From Phyllobates terribilis (Eukaryota): a stretch of 64,000 nucleotides of DNA. A program made the position numbers and the translations under genes. The notes below the pieces were generated by a model that worked only from the letters and a program-made list of their open reading frames with translations, was not told the DNA's origin and ran no database searches. Below, one piece after another: positions 41,885-54,364 of this stretch. The stretch's first letter is position 1. Every line of letters begins with the position of its first letter. The stretch is taken from positions 257,300,001-257,364,000 of the forward strand of contig NW_027362767.1 in the NCBI RefSeq assembly GCF_046119375.1, in the 5' to 3' direction.

Positions 41885-44800
41885 CTATAACCTGGGCATC
41901 TTCTGTATATAATTATATATGTACAGCCGGTATAACCTGGGCATCTCCTGTATATAATTACACATGTACAGCCGGTATAACCTGGGCATCTCCTGTATAT
42001 AATTATACATGTACAGCTGGTATAACCTGGGCATCTCCTGTATATAATTATACACGTACAGCTGGTATAACCTGGGCATCTCCTGTATATAATTACATAT
42101 GTACAACCTGGGCATGTACAGCCGGTGTAACTTGTGCATCTCCTGTATATAATGGTACATGTACAGCCGGTGGAACCTGTGTATCTCCTGTATATAATGA
42201 TACATGTACAGCCAGTGTAACCTGTGCATCTCCTGTATATAACGATACATGTACGGCCAGTGTAACCTGTGCATCTCCTGTATATAATGATACATGTACG
42301 GCCAGTGTAACCTGGGCATCTCCTGTATATAATAATACATGTACAGCCGGTGGAACCTGTGCATCTCCTGTATATAATGATACATGTACAGCCGGTGGAA
42401 CCTGTGCATCTCCTGTATATAATGATACATGTACGGCCGGTGTAACCTGTGCATCTCCTGTATATAATGATACATGTACGGCCGGTGTAACCTGGGCATC
42501 TCCTGTATATAATGATACATGCACGGCCGGTGTAACCTGTGCATCTCCTGTATATAACGATACATGTACGGCCGGTGTAACCTGTGCATCTCCTGTATAT
42601 AACGATACATGCACGGCCGGTGTAACCTGGGCATCTCCTGTATATAATGATACATGCACGGCCAGTGTAACCTGGGCATCTCCTGTATATAATGATACAT
42701 GTACGGCCGGTGTAACCTGGGCATCTCCTGTATATAATGATACATGTACGGCCGGTGTAACCTGTGCATCTCCTGTATATAATGATACATGCACGGCCGG
42801 TGTAACCTGTGCATCTCCTGTATATAATGATACATGCACGGCCGGTGTAACCTGTGCATCTCCTGTATATAATGATACATGCACGGCCGGTGGAACCTGG
42901 GCATCTCCTGTATATAATGATACATGCACGGCCGGTGGAACCTGGGCATCTCCTGTATATAATGATACATGCACGGCCGGTGGAACCTGGGCATCTCCTG
43001 TATATAATGATACATGCACGGCCGGTGGAACCTGGGCATCTCCTGTATATAATGATACATGCACGGCCGGTGGAACCTGGGCATCTCCTGTATATAATGA
43101 TACATGCACGGTCGGTGGAACCTGGGCATCTCCTGTATATAATGATACATGCACGGCCGGTGGAACCTGTGCATCTCCTGTATATAACGATACATGTACG
43201 GCCGGTGTAACCTGTGCATCTCCTGTATATAACGATACATGCACGGCCGGTGTAACCTGGGCATCTCCTGTATATAACGATACATGCACGGCCGGTGTAA
43301 CCTGTGCATCTCCTGTATATAATGATACATGTACGGCCGGTGTAACCTGTGCATCTCCTGTATATAATGATACATGCACGGCCGGTGGAACCTGGGCATC
43401 TCCTGTATATAATGATACATGCACGGCCGGTGGAACCTGGGCATCTCCTGTATATAATGATACATGCACGGCCGGTGGAACCTGGGCATCTCCTGTATAT
43501 AATGATACATGCACGGCCGGTGGAACCTGGGCATCTCCTGTATATAATGATACATGCACGGCCGGTGGAACCTGGGCATCTCCTGTATATAATGATACAT
43601 GCACGGCCGGTGGAACCTGGGCATCTCCTGTATATAATGATACATGCACGGCCGGTGGAACCTGGGCATCTCCTGTATATAATGATACATGCACGGCCGG
43701 TGGAACCTGGGCATCTCCTGTATATAATGATACATGCACGGCCGGTGGAACCTGGGCATCTCCTGTATATAATGATACATGCACGGCCGGTGGAACCTGG
43801 GCATCTCCTGTATATAATGATACATGCACGGCCGGTGGAACCTGGGCATCTCCTGTATATAATGATACATGCACGGCCGGTGGAACCTGGGCATCTCCTG
43901 TATATAATGATACATGCACGGCCGGTGGAACCTGGGCATCTCCTGTATATAATGATACATGCACGGCCGGTGTAACCTATATAATGATACATGCACGGCC
44001 GGTGGAACCTGGGCATCTCCTGTATATAATGATACATGCACGGCCGGTGGAACCTGGGCATCTCCTGTATATAATGATACATGCACGGCCGGTGGAACCT
44101 GGGCATCTCCTGTATATAATGATACATGCACGGCCGGTGGAACCTGGGCATCTCCTGTATATAATGATACATGCACGGCCGGTGGAACCTGGGCATCTCC
44201 TGTATATAATGATACATGCACGGCCGGTGGAACCTGGGCATCTCCTGTATATAATGATACATGCACGGCCGGTGGAACCTGGGCATCTCCTGTATATAAT
44301 GATACATGCACGGCCGGTGGAACCTGGGCATCTCCTGTATATAATGATACATGCACGGCCGGTGGAACCTGGGCATCTCCTGTATATAATGATACATGCA
44401 CGGCCGGTGGAACCTGGGCATCTCCTGTATATAATGATACATGCACGGCCAGTGTAACCTGGGCATCTCCTGTATATAATGATACATGCACGGCCAGTGT
44501 AACCTGGGCATCTCCTGTATATAATGATACATGCACGGCCAGTGTAACCTGGGCATCTCCTGTATATAATGATACATGCACGGCCAGTGTAACCTGGGCA
44601 TCTCCTGTATATAATGATACATGCACGGCCGGTGTAACCTATATAATGATACATGCACGGCCGGTGGAACCTGGGCATCTCCTGTATATAATGATACATG
44701 CACGGCCGGTGGAACCTGGGCATCTCCTGTATATAATGATACATGCACGGCCGGTGGAACCTGGGCATCTCCTGTATATAATGATACATGCACGGCCGGT

Positions 44801-45360
44801 GGAACCTGGGCATCTCCTGTATATAATGATACATGCACGGCCGGTGGAACCTGGGCATCTCCTGTATATAATGATACATGCACGGCCGGTGGAACCTGGG
44901 CATCTCCTGTATATAATGATACATGCACGGCCAGTGTAACCTGGGCATCTCCTGTATATAATGATACATGCACGGCCAGTGTAACCTGGGCATCTCCTGT
45001 ATATAATGATACATGCACGGCCAGTGTAACCTGGGCATCTCCTGTATATAATGATACATGCATGGCCAGTGTAACCTGGGCATCTCCTGTATATAATGAT
45101 ACATGCACGGCCAGTGTAACCTGGGCATCTCCTGTATATAATGATACATGCACGGCCAGTGTAACCTGGGCATCTCCTGTATATAATGATACATGCACGG
45201 CCAGTGTAACCTGGGCATCTCCTGTATATAATGATACATGCACGGCCAGTGTAACCTGGGCATCTCCTGTATATAATGATACATGTACAGCCGGTATAAC
45301 CTGGGCATCTCCTGTATATAATGATACATGTACAGCCAGTGTAACCTGGGCATCTCCTGT
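41885..45360. repeat. 45-bp minisatellite, about 77 copies; continues at 46954-47190 beyond the Tc1
   Basis: Unit acctgggcatctcctgtatataatgatacatgcacggccggtgga. The 15-codon period explains the long ORFs. Confidence 0.98.
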
Positions 45361-45361
45361 T

Positions 45362-46953
45362 CAGTGGGGGAAAAAGTATTTAGTCAGCCACCAATTGTGC
45401 AAGTTCTCCCAATTAAAAAGATGAGAGAGGCCTGTAATTGACATCATAGGTCGACCTCAACTATGAGAGACAAAATGAGAAAACAAATCCTGAAAATCAC
45501 ATTGTCTGATTTGGAAAGAATTTTTTTTTCAAATTTTGATGGAAAATAAGTATTTGGTCAATTTCAAAAGTTCATCTCAATACTTTGTTATATATCCTTT
45601 GTTGGCAATGACAGAGGTCAAACGTTTTCTGTAAGTCTTCACAAGGTTGGCACACACTGTTGCTGGTATGTTGGCCCATTCCTCCATGCAGATCTCCTCT
45701 AGAGCAGTGATGTTTTGGGGCTGTCACTGTGCAACACGTCCCTCCAAAGGTTTTCTATAGGGTTTAGATCTGGAACTGGCTAGGCCACTCCAGAACCTTG
45801 AAATGCTTCTTACGAAGCCACTCTTTCGTTGTCCTGGCAGTGTAATTGGGATCATTGTCATGCTGAAAGACCCAGCCACGTTTCATCTTCAATGCCCTTG
45901 CTGATGGAAGGAAGTTTGCACTCAAAATCTCACGATACATGGCCCCATTCATTTTTTCATGTACACGGATCAGTCGTCCTGGTCCCTTGGCAGAGAAACA
46001 GCCCCAAAGCATGATGTTGCCACCCCCATGTTTCACAGTAGGTATGGTGTTCTTAGAATGCTGAGTAACATCCATTCTCCTCCAAACACGACGAGTTGTG
46101 TTTCTACCAAACAGTTCTACTTTGGTTTCATCTGACCATATGACATTCTCCCAATACTCTACTGCATCATCCAAATGCTCTCTAGCAAACTTCAGATGGG
46201 CCCGGACATGTAATGGCTTAAGCAGGGGGACACGTCTGGCACAGCAGGATCTGAGTCCCTGGCGGCGTAGTGTGCTACTGATGGTAGCCTGTGTAACGTT
46301 GGTCCCAGCTCTCTGCAGGTCATTCACTAGGTCCCCCCGTGTGGTTCTGGGATTTTTGCTCACCGTTCTTGAGATCATTTTGACCCCATGGGGTGAGATC
46401 TTGTGTGGAGCCCTAGATCGAGGGAGATTATCAGTGGTCTTATATGTCTTCCATTTTATAATTATTGCTCCCACAGTTGATTTCTTCACACCAAGCTGCT
46501 TGCCTATTGCAGATTCAGTCTTCCCAGCCTGGTGCACGGCTACAATTTTGTTTCTGATGTCCTTCGACAGCTCTTTGGTCTTCACGATACTGGAGTTTGG
46601 AGTGTGACTGTGTGAGGTTGCGGACAGGTGTCTTTTATACTGATAACAAGTTCAAACAGGTGCCAGTACTACAGGTAATGAGCGGAGGACATTGGAGACT
46701 CTTAAAGAAGAAGTTACAGGTCTGTGAGAGCCAGAAATCTTGCTTGTTTGTAATTGACCAAATACTTCTTTTCCTCCAAAATTGGAAAAAAAATTCTTTC
46801 CAAATCAGACAATGTGATTTTTAGGATTTGTTTTCTCATTTTGTCTCTCATAGTTGAGGTCTACCTATGATGTCAATTACAGGCCTCCCTCATCTTATAA
46901 AGTGGGAGAACTTGCACAATTGGTGGCTGACTAAATACTTTTTTCCCCCACTG
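45362..46953 (-). mobile_element. Full-length Tc1 with a frameshifted transposase (45764-46585)
   Basis: cagtgggggaaaaaagtatttagtcagcc...ggctgactaaatactttttccccca-ctg|TA (left TA reads TT). Motifs WSDETK and FQHDNDP; a deletion occurs at SPDLNPIE. Confidence 0.95.
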
Positions 46954-49683
46954 TATATAATTACACATGTACAGCCAGTATAACCTGGGCATCTCTTGTA
47001 TATAATTATACATGTACAGCCGGTATAACCTGGGCATCTCTTGTATATAATTATACACGTACAGTCGGTATAACCTGGGCATCTCTTGTATATAATTATA
47101 CACGTACAGTCGGTATTACCTGGGCTTCTCTTGTATATAATTATCCACGTACAGCCAGTATAAGTTATACATCTTCTTGTATATAGGGATAAGGGTAATG
47201 CTGGTATAAGCTGAGCATCCCTATCCCAACTAGGAGGTTCCTTACACTTGGTAACCAATAACCCACCAGTAACATACCCCTTATACTGCACTTAGTTAAA
47301 TATACACATTTGAGGTGTTTTTGTTTTCCACAGAGATGCCGGAGAAGAGAGATTTCGCCGCTCTTCATAAACCTGACAACCCTCCCATGGAAGGCATTTC
47401 CTTGTTTGCACTTTACACTGTGTTAATTGGATGCTTGAAATGTGAGAAATACTTTTGTGCAACGAACTGATTTGGAGCCGGGGACGCTTAATGAAAAACG
47501 GGACAATTACCTTTAGCAGTCGCCGCTGCCTCTGATACACTGGGAGGAAGAGCACAGCTTATTAATTATTACATTAGCTGCACCCAGCCATGGGCTAGCT
47601 ATGGGTCTGTGGGGGGCCAGGTTTAGGATGACCTTACTTCCTATTAGCTGAGAAGGGCATTATATTGTCCTTTTATCACATCATGAGCTCTGCTCTGCAG
47701 ATAGTGACGGTCGCCCCAGCAGTGTCAGTATAACGGGAGGGACATGTCTGATATTTCCTCCTATACAGTCATTTAGCAATTCTAATAACAGCAATGACTG
47801 AAATTGCCTTGAAATTGGAGACCCATTATTGAGAACCCGTCTTATTATCCCAATGATTAGGACGCAGGTATAAATGGGTTAAGTCTTGCGGGCAGGTTAC
47901 TGTCTCCTTCGCACCTTGTCCTGTGTGGGAAGTTTGTGTTCTTCCAGTGACGTGCATCCCCAGTCTATCACCACGGCTCTGCCATGTCTCTGGTCGTTAG
48001 TCCTTTTCTTGCTCCTTTTATATTAGGGCATTTCCGGATACAAGCAGTCTCTCTAGCTCTCTCTCTCAGCAGTTTTTAACTCTCTCTTGCATTGGTCAAT
48101 GGAAGAATGCCTGACCATGCAATTCCTCACCATGCAAGCAGTGGTACGACATGAGTGCAACTTTGGGTGATTCACCTGTGACTTGGTGGTAGTGGTGTAG
48201 CGTGGATTGACAAGGCAAGTATTTACCTTCCTGAGTCCCTTAAAGGGAATCTGCTATATAACCTGAGAGCAGCAGCATAATGTAGGACAAGTGAGCTTGA
48301 TTCCAGGGATGTGTCATTTATTAGGCTGGGTGCTGTAGTTTCAATACAATCAGTGTTTTATCAGCAGGAGCTTATCACTGCTGGACTAGTTCTCAGGTGC
48401 AGGCCAGTCCAGCTAATCTGTGTAACCCGGCCCCCACCACGGATAGGCAGCTGACTGACAATGTACAGTATACACATGAAGCTGCCAATCTGGGGGGTGG
48501 GCCGGGTTATACACAGCTCGGCATTCTGAGCACTGCTACATCTACAGCAGAGAAAACAGGGATTCTTTCAATACTATAGCTAGCAGCCCAGCAAGTGAAT
48601 CAGGTTCTCTGCGCCTACATCATACTGCTCTCAGATTTCATACAAAACAAAAAACCTGAGCCAGACAACAAGCTGGCATGTGTGTAAGAGCATGCTCACA
48701 CTGTAGCCATATCACAGAGAAAACCCAAGTTAAAAAAATACAAAATGAGCATAGACCCTACAATGAGTAAATAGTAATAGTACATGTAAATAACATGGGG
48801 TACTTGGTTATCAGTGTTTTGATAAAAAAAAAAAAAGCATTAAAACCACCCCACCACGTCATAGTGTAGCCAACAGGATGGTCCTGACCTATCTGGTATT
48901 AAAACCTTTCCATGTGTCATACGACGTCAATGTGAACAAGGGCAGAACAGGATAAAGCCCCGAAAAAGACACCCATCCATGGGAACCTATGCAGATGGAA
49001 TAGTTAGCTCAGAAAAGGAGCCATGCTTGAAACAGCACAAAAAAATTACAGCAAAACCAAAAACCTGAGCCGGACTACAAGCTGGTATATGTGCAAAGTG
49101 TAAGAGCACGTTCACACCGTGGCCATATCACCGAGAAAATAATAAAATGAGCATTTTGGTTTTTATACTTTTTTTTTTTAAAATCAAAATAGCGTTAACT
49201 ATGTACTTGTTGTTGTAGGGTTTATACTCTTAAATACTGATGTAATAGTCATCATGGCGGTCTGGGCCATTTACGCTTTCTTGATGACTCTTTTTATTCA
49301 GCTATTTACTTATTATTTAATGCAATAAGCAGTATCAGAAAAAGAAAATGTCTGCGTGTTGTAGTAACAAAAACAAAAATAACTAAATAATTAACGTGTC
49401 TCCACAACAGTATGAGCAAGTGTCAAGAAGTAAATTCTTGATTTTTCAATATAGAACAGTGTAATGGGTGAACGGTGCAACATCTAGATCTTCAAGGACC
49501 AAGTCTAAATCACAGAAACCATGGAAACCATTGTATTGATGGAACACAGTGCTGAACTACTCATGACCTACCCAGGAATGTCCTATAAGAGAAATGGCTG
49601 ATGTTCACTAGAGTTTTGGAGAGCACTCACGTGAGCCATCCAAGATGGAAAACTGAGGAGGAAATTGCTACTAGTGGCTGCAA

Positions 49684-51094
49684 TGTATGGAGGAGAGCGC
49701 TGGTTGTTACTGCGCAGTATGGAGGAGAGCGCTGGTTGTTACTGCGCAGTATGGAGGAGAGCGCTGGTTGTTACTGCGCAGCATGGAGGAGAGCGCTGGT
49801 TGTTACTGCGCAGTATGGAGGAGAGCGCTGGTTGTTACTGCGCAGTATGGAGGAGAGCGCTGGTTGTTACTGCGCAGTATGGAGGAGAGCGCTGGTTGTT
49901 ACTGCGCAGCATGGAGGAGAGCGCTGGTTGTTACTGCGCAGCATGGAGGAGAGCGCTGGTTGTTACTGCGCAGCATGGAGGAGAGCGCTGGTTGTCACTG
50001 CGCAGCATGGAGGAGAGCGCTGGTTGTCACTGCGCAGCATGGAGGAGCGCGCTGGTTGTCACTGCGCAGCATGGAGGAGAGCGCTGGTTGTCACTGCGCA
50101 GCATGGAGGAGAGCGCTGGTTGTCACTGCGCAGCATGGAGGAGAGCGCTGGTTGTCACTGCGCAGCATGGAGGAGAGCGCTGGTTGTCACTGCGCAGCAT
50201 GGAGGAGAGCGCTGGTTGTCACTGCGCAGCATGGAGGAGAGCGCTGGTTGTCACTGCGCAGCATGGAGGAGAGCGCTGGTTGTCACTGCGCAGCATGGAG
50301 GAGAGCGCTGGTTGTCATTTCGCAGCTTGGAGGAGAGCGCTGGTTGTCACTGCGCAGCATGGAGGAGAGCGCTGGTTGTCACTGCGCAGCATGAAGGAGA
50401 GCGCTGGTTGTCACTGTGCAGCATGGAGGAGAGCGCTGGTTGTCACTGCGCAGCATGGAGGAGAGCGCTGGTTGTCACTGCGCAGCATGGAGGAGAGGTC
50501 TGGTTGTTACTGCGCAGCATGGAGGAGAGGTCTGGTTGTTACTGCGCAGCATGGAGGAGAGGTCTGGTTGTTACTGCGCAGCATGGAGGAGAGGTCTGGT
50601 TGTTACTGCGCAGCATGGAGGAGAGGTCTGGTTGTTACTGCGCAATATGGAAGAGAGCGCTGGTTGTTACTGCGCAGTATGGAAGAGAGCGCTGGTTGTT
50701 ACTGCGCAGTATGGAAGAGAGCGCTGGTTGTTACTGCGCAGTATGGAAGAGAGCGCTGGTTGTTACTGCGCAGTATGGAGGAGAGCGCTGGTTGTTACTG
50801 CGCAGTATGGAAGAGAGCGCTGGTTGTTACTGCGCAGTATGGAAGAGAGCGCTGGTTGTTACTGCGCAGTATGGAGGAGAGCGCTGGTTGTTACTGCGCA
50901 GTATGGAAGAGAGCGTTGGTTGTTACTGCGCAGTATGGAGGAGAGCGCTGGTTGTTACTGCGCAGTATGGAGGAGAGCGCTGGTTGTTACTGCGCAGTAT
51001 GGAGGAGAGCGCTGGTTGTTACTGCGCAGTATGGAGGAGAGCGCTGGTTGTTACTGCGCAGTATTGAGGAGAGCGCTGGTTGTTACTGCGCAGT
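49684..51094. repeat. 32-bp minisatellite, about 44 copies; resumes at 53256-53520
   Basis: Unit ggaggagagcgctggttgttactgcgcagtat. Confidence 0.98.
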
Positions 51095-53255
51095 AACAGT
51101 GTTTTGTATCTGAAAGTCAGGAGGACTGGGTTACTTATTTGCCGTTAGCCCTTCTGGATTACCGGAGGAGAAATGGTTTTCATCTTCTATTTTTACCATT
51201 TGGCTGGGGGGGTTACTAATAATTTTAGGAAGATGGGATCCAAGTATAAGAGTGTGGCTGATCAGAGATGTTTGGTGGGTCCGGACCTGTGTGTGGGTGA
51301 CTTGGTGTGGCTGTCCTCTAGGAACATTAAGTTGAAAGTTCCGTCGTGGAAACTGGGTCCCAGGTTTATCGGTTCTTATAAAATCATAGCCGTCGTCAAT
51401 CCCATAGCATTTCGCCTTGCTCTGCCACCTACCTTTTAGGATCCATAATATTTTTCATCGTTCTCTCCTCAAAAAATACGTTGCATCTTCTGTACCATCA
51501 CCTCTACCTCCATCACCTGTCAATGTCAACGGTAATTTTCAGTTTCAGATTGCTAAGATCTTGGATTCTCGTCTTGTTCGTCGGTGGCTTCAGTATCTGG
51601 TACATTGGATGGGGTATGGTCCTGAGGAGAGGATGTGGGTACCAGCATGAGGTTCATGTGGCCAGACTGGTCCGGGCTTTTCATGCGGCTCACCCCAACA
51701 GGCCTGGTCCTGAGGTTCTGGAGGTCTCTCGTAGAAGGAGGGGGGGTACTGTCACAGGGTTACCACGACAGTTTGGAGCCAGAAGACCTCAGCGGCGGAT
51801 GGCTCCTACTCCAGCTCTGAGAAGAAGCACTTCTCCGTCATTTTAAGGCTGAGTTCACATGATGCGTATTTAATGCGTTTCCGCGGCGTTTTTGCAGTTG
51901 CGTAAACGCCGTGGAAACGCATGAAAAACGCATGGTAGAAGGGCAGCAATGTTCCCCAATTGAAATCCGCATGTGCTGTGCCCATGATGCGGATTTTTCC
52001 GCAGCGTAAACGCTGCGCTCAAAAATCCGCAGCATGTCAATTAATTTTGCGTAAACGCGGCGTTTTCGCCGCCATTGACTTGCATTAGAACGTGCCAATT
52101 CCGCAAGACTGCATCTGTACTTGCGTTATTGGCGCGTTCTAATGTGCGGATGGTACCCGAGTGTGGAGAAGAGGAGAGTCTCACCCACACCCAGGTACCA
52201 TTAAAAAAGCTGTAAAACAAGAATAAAATAAAAAATATATATATACTTATCATCTGTCGGCCCGCGCAGCGCTCCTGCTTGGTTCCCGGCACTTGCAGTG
52301 AGTTGAAGGACCTGCGCTGACGTCAGAGTCATGTGACTGGTCACGTGACGCTGATGGCAGGTCTTTCAATTCAAAGTTGCCGGGAGAACGGAGTGTAAAG
52401 CAGGACAGCGCGTGCCATCGGAGGTAAGTATATACACTCTCTCGGGTCACACTATATAAATCCATGCTGTTTGCATGGATTTATATAGTGTGACCTAGTT
52501 GTCAAGCACTTTCCAGGTGATGCTAAAATCGCCTGGAAAGCGCTTGTCAATCTGCATGCGGAAACGCATGTGAATCCGCATGTATTCTGCAGGAAAAACG
52601 CATGCACAATCTGCATGCGTTTTTTCTGCCAGGGAGATGCAGAAATGATGCAGAAATTTTCTGCTTCATTTCTGCATCGTGTGCACATACCCTAAGTGTT
52701 TATTTCTTCCGGCAGAACAGGGGTGAAGCGGCCATGTTGGAATTCCCTGTGCTCACAGCTGAGCTCGGTTAGCCACTCCTTTTCCCTTTATAATCTGGGC
52801 TCTGATACAAATCCTTGTCAGAGCTAGCTTTTGCTGCATAGCTAGCGGAGGGAGAGGAGTTCTTATGAGAAGGAGCGTTGAAGGAATTATTTGTCACTGT
52901 AGTCTTGTTTGTACGCGTGGTAATTCCTTATCCTTCTCCATTTTTGGCTTATTCTCCTACCTTCACACCCCAATGCTTTCCTCTGTTATGTGAGTGAATA
53001 TTTCGTGTGCCTGGAGATTTCTGTTTACTCCTGTCTGTGTAACTCTGTTTTTCGTGTTGGTGTACTACGGTGCACAGTAGCGCCACCTTCTCTGGGTGGG
53101 GGTACTGAACAGACGGAGGGCTTACTCAGGAGTTAGGGTGAGGGTGGAGGCCCTGGCATCCTCACCTTCAGAGGTATCCCGGAGAATAGGGCAAGCTAGG
53201 GTGCCCCCTAGTGTTAGGGACAGGGTAGGAGCCCCTGGTCCCTGGTGACCCGACA
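51095..53255 (+). mobile_element. Ty3/Gypsy chromovirus remnant: integrase C-terminus, chromodomain, PPT and 3' LTR (51750-53255)
   Basis: VGDLVWLS..KLGPRFIGSYKI..FRLALP..IHNIFHRSLLK and KILDSR...QYLVHWMGYGPEERMW. The PPT agaaggaggggggg-tac|TGTCAC precedes an LTR ending in GACA. Confidence 0.9.
51847..52692. mobile_element. Harbinger-type MITE inside the LTR
   Basis: TAA|ggctgagttcacatg...cgtgtgcacataccc|TAA. Confidence 0.82.
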
Positions 53256-53726
53256 GCTGGTTGTTACTGCGCAGTATGGAGGAGAGCGCTGGTTGTTACT
53301 GCGCAGTATGGAGGAGAGCGCTGGTTGTTACTGCGCAGTATGGAGGAGAGCGCTGGTTGTTACTGCGCAGTATGGAGGAGAGCGCTGGTTGTTACTGCGC
53401 AGTATGGAGGAGAGCGCTGGTTGTTACTGCGCAGTATGGAGGAGAGCGCTGGTTGTTACTGAGCAGTATGGAGGAGCGCGCTGGTTGTTACTGCACAGTA
53501 TGGAGGAGAGCGCTGGTTATCGTAAATGCTGTAAAGAGAAAAAATATATAACTCTAGAATAGTGTTTTTTTGTTGTTGTTTCCGCAACTCTTTAAAACAT
53601 ATATGTTAAAAAATGTATGAAAAAATCATATGTACCCTAATTTGGTATCAATAAAAAAAAAAAAAAAGCCCTCAACAACAGAAAAAAATGTTTTCTTACA
53701 AACCAATTAATGTTTTCACCACTTAA

Positions 53727-54364
53727 AGGGAATCTGTCAGTAGGATCAACCCTCCTAAGCCTTCGGTATGGGCATGTAGGTCATAGGAAGCTGAATAACA
53801 TGATCCCTCAATATCTGCCTTCTGATTCCAGAGAAATCCATATTTTTCTTATAGGTAAATGATCTTATTATAATAAAAGGGGAGTTACCAGTGTGATGTA
53901 TAATGGTTACCAGCAGTGTCGTACTGCCAATGGTGGCAAGCCACGCGACTGCTATGGGGCCCGTGAGCTGGGTGAACCTGGTGTCAAAGCGCGCACCAGA
54001 CCCCCCCGCCTCTGCCCATCAGCGCCCACTGGGCCCCCCATCCGGCACTCAGCGCAAGCATTTATGATGGAGGAGGGAGTGTCAGCAGACGCTTGCACCC
54101 CCATCATTGTGCCTCTGCGTCTGATGTGTTGACGTCATCGCACCCGATGTTCTGAGATATGCGGCGCTTCACACCGCACGCTGGGGAGACCGGAGCATCG
54201 GGTGGAACGAGGAGATGTGAGTATTGTAATTTTTTTTAATGGGGTGCATTATATTGTATGGAGGATCATGGGGGAGGTGCATTATATTGTATGGAGGACC
54301 ATGGGCGAGGTGCATTATATTGTATGGAGGACCATGGGGGAGGTGCATTATATTGTATGGAGGA
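53727..54364. mobile_element. Left part of a T2/Kolobok-type MITE, with a short repeat of about 33 bp at 54241-54364; runs into the 45-bp satellite
   Basis: TTAA|AGGGAATCTGTCAG terminus; no matching right TIR in the window. Confidence 0.6.

Noticed and set aside
41665-45424. ORFs of 600-1192 aa
   Set aside because: Same artefact from another 45-bp minisatellite.
48640-49160. Diverged direct repeat of about 100 bp, roughly 420 bp apart
   Set aside because: No TSD, TIR or ORF could be defined; too degraded to classify.
49601-51113. ORFs of about 480 aa in three frames
   Set aside because: The 32-bp unit lacks stops in all three plus-strand frames; non-coding repeat.
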